From NCBI GenBank assembly GCA_047495785.1, contig JBLDXI010000036.1:310001-374000 (forward strand): a stretch of 64,000 nucleotides of DNA, read 5' to 3'. Positions 49,750 through 62,082 of this stretch are shown here, piece by piece (the stretch's first letter is position 1; every line of letters starts with the position of its first letter). A program made the position numbers and the translations under genes. The notes below the pieces were generated by a model, which was not told the DNA's origin, ran no database searches, and was given only the letters and a program-made list of their open reading frames with translations. Source of the stretch: Lepidodermella squamata (lineage: Eukaryota; Animalia; Gastrotricha).

Positions 49750-51266
49750 TTAATTTAGTGTTTATTTAATTAGTTCTCGAATTAACTCGAAAAGTTGTAT
49801 TTTAATTAAATTAGCTGATAAATAGTAGTTTAGCTGTAAAAAAGTGTCGTGCTGACAGAAAAAGGTATTGCTGACGAAAACTGGATTTAGCTGACAAAAG
49901 GTGAAAATCAGCTGACGAAAAAACATTAATTCAAAACTATTACTTAGCTTGTAAAACTTGAAAATTCCACGAATTTCACGTGGTATTTCCTATACCGTAC
50001 TCAGTCCGGTTTATAATAATTCGGACTTTCTCTAAACCGGACGATTTTGCCTGGCACGACCTTAGTCCGGTTTAGACAACTTTCACTGTAGTTGATTCAT
50101 TAATCGAATGATCTTGGTAGATGCTCTACAGAACTGAGCCAGTCTCAGAAGATCTTGCAATGGATGAGTGGGGCTGAACTTAAAAAGGATACGTAACGTA
50201 ACATCTTGCTTAACATCTTGAGGTGTAAAAACATTAAATAACCACCTATTTCTACTAAATCAACAACTCTAAGTAAGATAAGCAGCGGTAGAAGCTTTTT
50301 AAAGTCGTCATCCACCCTCAAGGAGTGACATCAAGACCATCTTCCATGGTACCTGTGAATAGTGGCGACAATGCATGAGATAAACTTAATTAATTTTATA
50401 ATTAATTTTTTTTCGATTTATTTGTCTTTCTCATGCTCTAATTATCAATTCGACCATGCTGAGCACGAATTTAGCATACCCCGACCCCGTGGACGTGTCC
50501 TTGGTTGAGATACTGGAACCCCTAAGGTCAGGCGACGCGGCGCCCGGCGACCGGAATTTTTGAATTTCCCCGCAAACGCGTCGCCATGGAAAATATTTAA
50601 ATTTAAATAATAAAAATTTGATTTAGTAATTAAATAACAGTTTAAAAATGTTTTTGTATTTTAAATTTAATTGCGTTCAAAATCAGAAAGCGCTCTATTT
50701 GTTTTCTTGGCATTTTTGACACTGCGGATTTGACGGATTCGAAATCTGGCATTTGTCGCTCGAGTAGTTTTTAATTCTCTATCTAATGACACTAAACACT
50801 TGGCTACCGGTTGAGTGGAAGTATACTATTTAAGCATGCCGCCAAATACAAAGGAAAATTCAAATTCAGCCGTTGAGGACCTTCGTCGTTTAGTATTATA
50901 GATGAATGGAACATTGAGGATCTGCCATTCATAGCCTAAAATATCACAGGGAAATAACTATAGCGAACATGGCATTTCCTAATTGATGATATCACACTTT
51001 ATCACAAGCTAGTTAGTTCTTATTCCATGGCGGGATGCCAGCCGGCAGATCCTTACATTCCATTAACAAGGTTAAAGTGTGCGACTTTCAGGGGGGATGT
51101 CCCCCCCCCCCCCCCCCCCCCAGCTCGGCCGGGCCAAACAACAAAATCAGAATTTATCCCACTGTTTTGTTAATTTTTAAGGTTCTGGGGCTTGTTTTAG
51201 TGGAAAATACTAGTGTACTATAAAATTCATCGATTTTTCAAAACAATTAAGAATTGTTAACTTCAA

Positions 51267-54200
51267 TTAAGCTTCATTCTCTTGCGAGTGTGCACAGTTC
51301 GATTCCGTTCTCCGGCTGAGAATGTCAATGGTTTTCAGCTTGTTTTCCTCCGACACGTTATTGCCGCAATTCTGAGCGAGGAGTAGAGCTGTCCAGCCTG
51401 TCGACGGTGCACTGTAATTGGCATCAGCTCCCGCCTCACGTGTTAGAACATCTACAACGTTGTGGTGGCCTTTCACTGATGCACACATGAGCGGTGTCAT
51501 CCATTTTTCAGATGGCGATGTTTCACCGAGCATCCTCGACAACCGAGATGAGACCTCATAGTTGATGCAAAGAGCATTTACATCGACTTTGAATTCTCCC
51601 GCAAGAATTCTCACGATTTCCGCTTCTCCAATCTCAGCAGCGTAATGCAAGGGAGTCCAGCCATTTTTATTAGAGGCATTAACGTCAGCTTTGAATTCGC
51701 CGGCAAGAATTCTCACGATATTCGCGTGCCCATTCTCAGCAGCGTAATGTAATGGAGTCTCGCCATTTTCTGTGGAGGCATTAACGTCAGCTTTGAATTC
51801 TCCGGCAAAAATTCTCACGATATCCGCGTGTCCATTCTGAGCAGCGGAATGCAAGGGAGTCCTGCCATCTTGACAAGATGCATTAACGTCAGCTTTGAAT
51901 TCGCCGGCAAGAATTCTCACGATTTCCGCGTGTCTTTTCTCAGCAGCGACATACAAGGGAGTCCTGCCATCTTGACTAGATGCATTAACGTCAGCTTTGA
52001 ATTCGCCGGCAAGAATTCTCACGATATGCAGGTGTCTTTTCTCAGCAGCGACATACAAGGGAGTCCTGCCATCTTGACTAGATGCATTAACGTCAGCTTT
52101 GAATTCGCCGGCAAGAATTCTCACGATATGCGCGTGTCTTTTCTCAGCAGCGACATACAAGAGAGTCCTGCCATCTTGACTAGATGCATTAACGTCAGCT
52201 TTGAATTCGCCGGCAAGAATTCTCACGATATCCGCATGTCCATTCCAAGCAGCGACATACAAGGGAGTCTCGCCATCTTTACTAGAGGCATTAACGTCAG
52301 CTTTGAATTCGCCGGCAAGCATTCTCACGATTTCCGCGTGTCCAATTTGAGCAGCGGAATGCAAGGGAGTCATGCCAACTTGATTAGAGGCATTAACGTC
52401 AGCTTTGAATTCGCCGGCAAGATTTCTCACGATATCCGCGTGTCCAATTTGAGCAGCGCAATGCAAAGGAGTCTCGCCATTTTTTTTAAAGGCATTAACG
52501 TCAGCTTTGAATTCGCCGGCAAGAATTCTCACGATATCCGCGTGTCCATACTTAACAGCGATGTGCAAGGGAGTCCTGCCATATTTATCAGAGGCATTGA
52601 CGTCAGCATGGAATTCGCTGGCTAAAATGCTCACGATTTCCGCGTGTCCATTCTCAGCAGCGATGTGCAAGAGCGTCTCGCGTTCATAATTAATCTCTCT
52701 AACATTACCTTCCTTGGCAATAATTTTTAAGATCTCGGCGTGTCCTTCTCGGGCTGCGATGTGTAACGGTGACATGCCATCTCTCGATTTTGCGTTTGCT
52801 TTAGCTTTGAATTCCACCGCAAGTAAAATAACCATGTCCATGTGGCCTCCGAGCACGGCTAAATGTAGGGGTGTATAACCCGAATTCATAGTCGTGTTCA
52901 CATCTTTTATGAAATCAGATGCTAGCAATTTTGCAACTTCAGTCTGACCTTCCAACGCAGCAACATGTAACAAACTCATGCCTTGCTCATTCGTTATTTG
53001 AGTGTTCGCTCCCATTTCTTTCGCTAATAATCTAACCATCGTTGATTGGCCGTTCTCCGCTGCAGCCCATATCGGCGTCTTACCATCTGCAGCTGCCGTC
53101 TCAACACTTCTCTGTGGCAATCGTCCAAGTATTCGTGCCATCTTTGTTCGACCATTATCAGAGGCGACGAACATCGGCGTTCTTCCCAGTAAGTCCGTAG
53201 ACAATGGATCAGCCTTGAACTTTGTCACTAGAAGATCTACTATATCATCATGGCCCTCTTGTGCAGCCAGAAACAACGGAGTAACACCTTCGTCATTCTT
53301 ACAGTTCACATCCAAATTCAAAGTTGAGTTTGATAGCAACAATTCAATTTCTGCCGTGTTGTGTTGCCTGATGAGTCGAAAGAGATACTGAAACGACGGA
53401 ATAGAAGTATATCTACGAATTCATTATCGAATCCACATACCATCTGCGCAACTTTTGGATCCAACAACTCTGTGAAACTGATCTCATGCGCATTGTTCAG
53501 GATTAGCGGAGAATTTGGATCATTCAAAGATTTGAGTAGATCTAGCGGCGGCATACGCCTCGAACTGTCTTTCACCAAAAATGCCAAAATTATGTTTCGG
53601 AACTCGGGCGAATAGCCACGCGAATCATCAAATGGTTTTCGAATGTTTCTGCAAATATATTATCGTGATTCTCCGTTCTCCGAACTCCCAACATGTTTCT
53701 TGGGACTAATAGTTGATGGACTCGACAATCCTCAATATCATTCGGACGGGAGAAAAAAATGGCTGAATCGCGATTTTTTTCCACGCTAAATTTATGAATG
53801 AAAATATTTTTTTTTACAACAACACGCAGCCTTCTCCTATTAAGCGGCGAAAAATTGCCATTCTTGGGCAATGGGATCACGATTTCTCCGCAGGTATAAG
53901 CGATATGAAAATAATTCTTGAAGATTCAAGAAGAGCAACTCAAGACGCATGCGGCGATGCCAAACAGGGGCAATTTTGTTGCCCAATTTTGTGATTACAT
54001 CAAAACTTCCAAAACAATACCATCTTTTTAATAGTTCAGAAGAACGCCTGGAAATAAAGGAATAATCGCCAATTTTTCTAGGATTTTTCGGATTTTTGAT
54101 TGCAGGGTTCGGCGTTACATTATTTCAATTTTCAATTTTGGTTCAGCTTTTCTAGCCAATTTTTCATTACAACAATTTTTCTTTTGCGAAGGTTATGGTT

Positions 54201-56164
54201 AGGATGAGGATGATTCGCAAAAGAAACAGTTAAAATGTACCTCATATTTTTTTAAAAACACTCGTATCCTTTCGTTCGCATATCGACTCAAATATGTTTA
54301 TCCACCTTCATTATTATATTCCTTTGTTAAAAAAATGGTTAACACAATCGACAAGCAGAACATAGTACTCAGGAGGAAGGTAAATAATTTCAATTGGCCT
54401 TCGATCAAATGCCGCCTTCTGCAGTATTAGCTGCAGTATTAGCTGCAGTATTAGCCAAACAAATTTAAATAATGCAAGTTTTTGCCAAATTGCAAGGTAA
54501 ATTGATATATTGAATGATTGGGAACCGTTTGGTATTATATTCGCCCCGTGATCTGGGAAGCCTGAAATTCAATTTTATCGGCAAATGAGTCGGGTAACTA
54601 ACAAGCCTTATCGTGCGTTTTCACCCCAAAAATCAGTTGAAATTTCAGGGAACAGCGTTGAATATTATGCGCACAAGGCACAAGCCTGATCGCGGTAGGT
54701 TATAATCAAAGTGAAATTTCAGTGGCTTCTAACGGTGAATACTCAATAAATTATTCATCGCTGCCTTTCTCGAACGATGATCTATGCGGCGGTTCAATTT
54801 ACTCAAGAAAAAGGTGTGTAGTTTTGGAGCAATCGTGTTCCCCGCGTAAAATCGACGACAGAAATTTAGCGTAATGGTGAGATGCTGGTTTTGTTTTTGA
54901 AAATATTGTTGATCGGCCATTGTTTTCTGTGATCAAAGCAACACGCGATCAATCTCCACGTTTTTTGCCTCTCAGGCCTCCCCGAATGATTTATCATGCG
55001 TTAGATAGGATTTGTCGAGTCCATCTACTATTAGTCCAAAGACATGTTTTGTGTATAGGCTACTTACAGCATGATATCCAGGGCATTCTCAAACTGTGAA
55101 GAAGCCACGTGGCAAAAGAGTAAAAGACTTGGAAATAAAGCTAACAGGCCTGTAAAAATTCGCTAGCTCGAACAAAGTTACGCCCAAAGACCACCAATCG
55201 CTTTCGTTCGAGTGCTCATTTTTGCCAAATAATTCAGGCGCCATGTACAGCTCGGTACCAAGCCTGAAGTTGTACGCTGTCCTTTGGATACTGTTTGAAG
55301 AGCTTGAAGAGTTGTTGACACATTGCGGAACATTAATTGTAATGAATAAATTCATCAGTTGTTACCTATCATATATTTTCGTCAGACCAAAATCGCCGAG
55401 TTTTACTAAACCGTTGTGCAGGAAAATATTTTTCGGCTTGATGTCGCGATGGAGCGCTCGCTTTTCATGCAGAGCAGCCAGTGCTGAAGCCAGTTGTAGC
55501 GACCATTCTAATAGTAAATCTTGAGGAATGGGACGTCCGTTTGCTTTCTTCATGTAATCATCCAAGTCTCCACCCGAGCAGTATTCCATAACAAGGTAAT
55601 AAACAACAGCTCCAGATGTTTCTTTCTCTGTGGTATAGAAGGAAGCAGCAGTGTTAAAAGCTCGTCAAAAGTCTATTTTAGGAATTGTCCGGTTAATTAA
55701 TGGAATAAGATGTTTTTGTTAAGAAAGAATAGAAAAGAAAATCCATATTTTTCACTACGCTTTCAAGAGACGAAATGGCTTAGGGGTGCCGATAAGGCTT
55801 AAAGTTAGTTCGCCTAAATTAGGTTGACATAACCTACCTGTAAAAGCTCCAAAAACATAAACAACATTTGGATGTGACAATTTGTTTAATTTCTCATGCT
55901 GCTAAAGCAACAGCTGCAAAAGAGGTCGCAACTAGATGAAATCGTTACCTCTTCCTTGCTCAATTTCACCAGCCTTTCTGCGAAAGTTGGTTCCGCGGCA
56001 AATATTTCACGAATTCGCGTGAGGTTTACTGCCTTGACAGCGTAATGCGCCACGTCGTTGCTCCGCCTGCATAGCATCGTTGAGCCGAAGTAACCACTTC
56101 CCAATGACTTCTCGATTTTGAAGTCCTGCATTGAATAATGCGTATTTTCCACACCTGCAGCCAT
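51267..56164 (-). CDS. NEK-like Ser/Thr kinase fused to about 18 ankyrin repeats
   Basis: GSGYFG, YAVK, HPNVV, LVMEYCSGGDL, HRDIKPKNIFL, KLGDFG, GTELYMAPE, SDWWSLG, YSPEFRNIILAFLVKDSSRR. The 53-nt intron 53388-53440 joins the kinase in frame to the ankyrin exon 53387-51267. Confidence 0.85.
51590..52680 (-). repeat. Homogenised 102-bp (34-aa) coding tandem array, about 10-11 units
   Basis: GCATTAACGTCAGCTTTGAATTCGCCGGCAAGAATTCTCACGAT recurs every 102 bp. Confidence 0.95.
53690..55048. mobile_element. TIR element filling a kinase intron
   Basis: ACATGTTTCTTGGGACTAATAGTTGATGGACTCGACAA at the left end is inverted relative to TTGTCGAGTCCATCTACTATTAGTCCAAAGACATGT at the right. Confidence 0.6.
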
Positions 56165-56869
56165 GATTGCCAAAATGAATTCAACATACAGTTTGCATTA
56201 GGCAAAAAGCAAGCTACACATTAAGCTAAAAAACGACGACTATAACTATATGTTATATTCTATAGGTATATGACATTGAATTAATTGTATAATATAAAGG
56301 CAAGTACTTGTACACGTAAGAAAATGACCGCAACAACATGCGTATTTTTCACGCGAAACATTTACTTTCAGACCGGATAAACGCCGCAGTACATTTGACG
56401 CCAGTTAAATTGTGAGAAGTTCGATTTACTATAATATTCAGACATAGATAATGATGTGCCATCAAGGGTCACAGGTAGCGAGGATAATACATAAACTAGT
56501 TGATTTTCATAGGAGAATTCAAGTTAGATTTTTACTGATTTGATATTAGGTTAATCGTCATTGGAACAAGTCATAATCATGATACGATCATGATACCTTG
56601 AAAAATATTAATCATGATGCCCATGATTTACCCAAATACGAGAAAAGCTGCTAGAAAAGCTGGAATCTACCATCACAAGGTACCATAAAATTGTCGATGC
56701 CTACTCTGTTTGAGCGAATTCAACCAACCACTGAGCAGAAGATATATTTTCTACTCAATTATTTACATAATTATTTACAAAAAATGAACGAAACATCACC
56801 GCGGTTTATTTGAATCAGTTCTTGATATAGATTACAGTGTTCTATTAGTGAGAAATATACTTTATTCGA

Positions 56870-57880
56870 CATTATATCCACTTCTTTTCCCATCAAATTC
56901 CTTCTTTTTACATTAAAACTTTTTTCTCCCATTATCCACTCTTTTTCACATTATAAACACTCTTTTTCCATTAAATTCAAATTAAATCCGGGGGTCTCGG
57001 AAAAAATATTTTTGAAATCGCCATCGTCTTCTGAGTCGGAATATGCCCTGGTCGGTTATTTATTCTCGAGCGTTTATTCTCGAGCCCTTCTACAGTCGTT
57101 TCTAGCGATGGGCCTGAGCAGTTCCTCAGTGAGCAGGTTAGAGCAGGTCGAGGTACGGCGGTTGTTTACGAAAAGGCATCTCGCTTTCAGCATGACTGGG
57201 ATACGGCTCTCTTAGTAAAGCTTACTACAGCCAGTCTTCTCAGAAAGCTTGACGAAGCCGAGAAAGGTGCAACTCAAGTGAGTAAAATTAGAAAATGAAA
57301 ATAAAAATTGTCTTTGGAAACAACAGCTGGATGCGACGTGCAAGTTATTGAGAAACCCTGACAGGGGCGTCCTAATGCTTCTTGAGATTTCTGACGCCGA
57401 GAACCGTTTTCACACAGTGCTCATGTCAGTTTCCAGCCACGAAGATCATCGAGCTTACAAGCGAATCATTCGACGCTAAGCCGAATTTCATCGTCGATGG
57501 TTCGAAGGTCATTACAAAAGCAGCAAGGAAAGTGTTTCCCCACGCTCGCCGTCTAGGGGTGCATTTCACGTTAATAAGAACGCAGAGAAGTTGTGGCGCA
57601 GCCGAAACCGTCCCAAGTTGCATGCTCGAGTTAAGAAAGACATGGATTACCTGCAATTATCTGGTCCCGATGAAGATTTTAAGCTAGTATCAACTGCTAA
57701 CTGGCGAGGACAAGCCAGGGCATATTCCGACTCAGAAGACGATGGCGATTTCAAAAATATTTTTTCCGAGACCCCCGGATTTAATTTGAATTTAATGGAA
57801 AAAAGAGTATTTATAATGTGAAAAAGAGTGGATAATGGCAGAAAAAGTTTTAAATGTAAAAAGAAGGAATTTAATGTAGT
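56870..57880 (+). mobile_element. Internally deleted MULE with ~165-bp TIRs
   Basis: 56890-57051 and 57715-57877 are near-perfect inverted repeats. Internal KPNFIVDGSKVITKAARKVFPHARRLG is a MULE-domain remnant. Confidence 0.8.
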
Positions 57881-58230
57881 TAAAAGTATGGTCCATTAGT
57901 GATTACAGTAATTTTAGTAAAGGCCCCTTTGGGGTATTTTCGTGTCTCTATCTCGGAACCTCGAAACCTTCTCCCTCCCCGCCCCCTCCCATCTCTTCCT
58001 GTACCCCATGTACTTCGCACACTGCTCTCCAGGTATCCACGGCAATCCTCTCTACGGAGGAATGAAAAATGCGATTCAATACGAAATTAGAATTGAAACA
58101 TCGCCACTGATGAAAGCGTTGAGGTAGCTTTAAGGCAGTGCGCTCAAAAGAAGTATTCAGCAGAAATGTGGCGTGCCCAATAGCCAAACAAATATACTTA
58201 CGCTGTGAAAAGCTCACTGCCATCCTTTTA

Positions 58231-61200
58231 ATGATCTTAAATAGAAGCCTCACTGCGATTATTTCTTCAATTGCCATTATTTTAATACTCGGAATAGCTT
58301 TTCAACAAAATAATCGATCTAAAAATTGCGAACAAGTGCGGCTAAATACCAACCGATCGAGCGGAATAGAATGGCTCGAAAAAATCTACCGAAAAAGCCC
58401 AGCTGATTCCTTGAAACTTTTCTATTCAGACAACGAGTCGAAAAATCTTCGCGAATCTAGTCCGAAATGCGATTTAGTCACTGGAAATCGCGTTGTAGTC
58501 ACCTTTGGATCGAATGGCACACATTTGAAGCAGGCAGAGAGACATTGCGTTATAGCTGTGTCTATTCAAGGCATCGATGCTTGCGTTGTTGCAAATTCGA
58601 ACATTTACGACGCCGCGTTTTACGACAGAAATTTCGAGCAAATTCTATCGAGGCCTCGTGGTGCTGGGTATTGGCTATGGAAACCTTATTTGATTCTCAA
58701 ATTGCTGGTCAAAATGACTGATAATGATGTTCTACTGTATTTGGATGGTGATAAGTATCTAGTCAATAATTTGGAGGAATTCGCCTGCTTATATTTTTTA
58801 TAAAAATTGCAAAATAATTGGAATGAACAATATAGGGTTAAGAAAATTAAAATGTGGATATTCATCAAATCGCGCATTTCTTAATAATGAAAAATGGTTT
58901 TCAGAATCTAGATCAGAAGTAGTGATGCGCTCCGATTTTGGCCAATCGCGATTAAATCGATTTTAATCATATTCATATCATATCATATTTAATCAATTAA
59001 TTGTTAGAGATAACTAGCATTTCACGGCTTTTTAGTGACCGGAGGAAACCACCGCGGATCCGTAAATTAGCGTCCCTGATTAACCCCTTGTTTCCCCATT
59101 TACTGTCTCTCTTACGTCTTACGCATCGTCGTTGACGAGCGTAGCTTCATTTTGTACACTCTAGCCTGGTCCGATTTTTCTCTTATTAGTAATTATTTTT
59201 GTTGGAATGGTATTAGTATTGTACCAGGACACAAATGTAGATGCCGGGGGGAACCCCCATACTGTCACCGTTTGTGAGTTGACAAGTTGTTTGTTTGTTT
59301 GTATGTCGCCAGTGTGCGCACAATCTATGCACGCCTTTCGCGCACGCTGTTTATTTATTATATCAAATAGTTTTGGCTTTTGGGTCTAAATGCGATTGCT
59401 GATATTCTTGCGTGGTTATATGACAATTGAGCAACGACAATTCGGCAAAAAAAGAAATGAAAGTTCTTTGTGATTTTTGAGACGTCCCATTCGTTGAAGG
59501 CCATGGGTCCGGAATGAGCACTCTTAGGGTCGCTTGTTGGGGTCTCTTGAGGACAGCTCGGTAGCGATTGGTGCAGTCTTGCTGACATTCCCAATCTACC
59601 ACTTTTGGCTTTTGTAACACGATGAAGTCGTCGGCCACCGTTGGGGCAGGGCGTCATTGATAAATCGTGGTCGACCCGGGTGGAGATCTAACTCATGCAC
59701 ATCGATCTTGACGCTCTATGCCCAGCAGACAGCTATCCACTGAACTACTGTGTGCCCAATTCCACAATAGTTGTTTTATTCGATCGAAAACGACAACTCG
59801 GCAAACGGCAGTGAAAATGAAAATCCAACATACCCTTGAGCGACAATTTGGCAGAAGACACCACCCGTGCCGCCAGCCGCCAGTGTGCGCACAGTCTATG
59901 CACGCCTGTCGTCTACTCCACTAATTATTCAGTTTTGGCTTTTTGATCTAAAACTAGTTAACCACCCTTTACATTACAGCCGTATCGTACTGGGAGCAAG
60001 CTACGTAACGTCGTTACGTAGCTTGCTCCCGATGCTGTGCTCCCCCAGAGCCATTTTTGCGAACCAAACAGTGCCCTTCGGATTGACCAAAGGCTGTAGG
60101 TACAAACAATCCTTCGGAGCATCTTCCGGAATGTGCGACAGATACTCAAACCAGGTCGTAATGAGGCATCGATCTCGATCAGCAATCGCATAGTAACGAA
60201 CCTTGTGAGCAGTAACATTAGGCTGTTTAATGTTACAGGTAGTCGTCTTGCTAGGTGGGACAGTCAGCTCCCAATACCGCCCGACCTCGTCATCACCCAC
60301 CTCGATAAACCACTGCCGTAGTTCGCGATGTTCACACACAGCACGTAGCGCTCCGTAAAGACCGATTTGGAAAAGAAGGGTGCGGACCAGAACAAACGGA
60401 GAATGGTGACCCAGAGCCCCGATGTCCCACAAGTAAGCCTCCATATCACGAGAAATCACCTCAGCCTTCTGACCAGGTCGCAAAACACCGGCAACATGGC
60501 GCTCACGCAAAACTTCATCCAAAGTACGACGAACCTGAGAAAAACGTGGATCACGACGGAAATCAAAATCTCGGTCATTTTCTCGAAGATGACGCTGAAG
60601 GCCTTCGACAAGTTCGAGAACTGTTTTACCAGGATAAGCCGTACCATCTTCCTTCAACACCTCGAATACGAATCTGGAAATTTGGTTGTCCAGCATTTCA
60701 TCAGACATCGTTTCGACAGAAAAGACGGCAAAAATTTCATCGAATAATTGCGCTTTTTCAGCAGCAGAATTGTGTTCATCGCGCCAATGTTGAAACGCGT
60801 TTAGCGACCACTGGTTTTTTCGCGTCGTAGCAACCGGTAATCGATTTGCCACCTTTCGCTTCAATTCACCGCCAGTCACGAAATTCGCACGCGAAACACC
60901 AGCAGAAGAACTTGCTTTTTCAGGAAGCACCTTCAAATTTCGAATACCTACTAAATTACCATTACTTAAAAAAACGCAAACAAAAGGACAAAAATAACCT
61001 GACAAATCCATGAAAATTTGATGCGCGCACAAGAACCAAAAATGCAGCAATAAACAAATTCAAAAGCTCTCTTAGGACGACCATTGTGCGCATTTATTAC
61101 GCAACATCAACACAACAACAGCGTTATATCACACAACTGAGTGTTATTCTAAGTTAGGCGAGTAACAAGAGTCCGTCCTACAACTACTACGCCCCCGAGC

Positions 61201-62082
61201 ACTGCTGTCGCTTGCCAGGCGAGTTTGTGTGGCGCATTCAACGCCGCTATGAGGTAACCTTGGGAGGTAACGCCGTTCGCTAAGTAGTGTCGATGCGTGA
61301 GGTTATGGAAAGGTTGCTGTAAATATTGGTCTTGGCATGCATAGAGATTACAGCAGGCTCGATTCAGGCCTAACCCGATAGTTTACAGGTAGAACTACCA
61401 TCATTGTTCTCGTCAGTCTCAAAGGTTCCCCCCGGCGCTACTGCGGCAGCTTTGCTGCTGCTGTTGCCAATTTTTACGTTTTTATGTCCGTAACCATGAT
61501 GAATGTAAATACATTTTTTTATCGATCGACTCCTTTATCATGGAAATCTCACGATGTCAAAATTATGAATAGTACTAATTTAAAGGCTCAACTCAATCTA
61601 GGCGTAGTTGTTTTCAACCATGACCAGCCGCATCTCGAGCATAATTGGACCAAAAGTGATGCTTTTTCACTGATGAATGCCGATCACCTGCAACCGAAAT
61701 TGAGCGAAACATGCAAATTTATGCGGCCTATTTACTGCTGAGAAAATCTCTTGAATCTATCCGCTTCGTCTCAGAATGGCTGACCTATGCCCAGGACGAG
61801 CGAATTATCGATGATAGCCCGAATTTTTATCGGAAGAAATCGCCTGGTTTCAAGGAGAACCGCCATGATCAGTCAGTTTTAAGCGTTTTAGCCAAAACAT
61901 GGAATCTAACATCTTGGCCGAATACTGAGGTGGCGTATTTTTCAAAAAATGCCAAACTTCGTTTCAAAAATGGCAAATTCGCGCCTTGTTATAATTGTTT
62001 CGATTTCGATAAATTGGCTGTTGATAATGTGAAATTGCCTACTCGGAAGTTATCGAGGCAAAGCCTTTTTATGAAAAGTTGA
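58231..62082 (+). pseudogene. Diverged glycosyltransferase-like copy 7 (exon 1 58231-~58790, exon 2 61586-62082)
   Basis: RGAGYWLWKPY, YLDGD and NRHDQS are present, but the splice donor after FACL is missing and a 1-nt deletion near 61710 (GAAACATGCAA vs GAAACAATGCAA) shifts exon 2. Confidence 0.8.
60001..61050 (-). mobile_element. Crypton-type tyrosine recombinase (DUF3504) ORF, C-terminally truncated
   Basis: FVFEVLKEDGTAYPGKT, LFQIGLYGALRAVCEHRELR, RCLITTWFEYLSHIP..DCLYLQP...VWF...LG; stops before the HxxR and catalytic Tyr region. Confidence 0.8.

Larger units (their letters stand above)
45916..49932. mobile_element. Long-TIR (Mutator-like) element, layer 3
   Basis: ~125-bp TIRs built of TCAGC repeats (45916-46040 / 49806-49932); 8-bp TSD AAAACTAT at 45908-45915 and 49933-49940. 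Confidence 0.85.
45602..50088. mobile_element. Tc1/mariner (pogo-like) MITE, layer 2
   Basis: TIR CAGTGAAAGTTGT(T/C)TAAACCGGAC with TA TSD; about 460 bp once the nested inserts are removed. Confidence 0.9.
45315..50575. mobile_element. Old DNA transposon with ~130-bp degenerate inverted ends (outer layer of the nest)
   Basis: 45318-45450 is the diverged reverse complement of 50440-50572 (AGGGGTTC...TCTCAAC...ATTCGT..TCAGCATGGTCGA.TTGATAA). Confidence 0.55.

Noticed and set aside
51828-52625. 265-aa repetitive ORF on the + strand
   Set aside because: Antisense shadow of the ankyrin array.
51590-52680. Regular repeat/variable pattern resembling a CRISPR array
   Set aside because: The period is 102 bp in frame within an ankyrin ORF; eukaryotic context, no cas genes.
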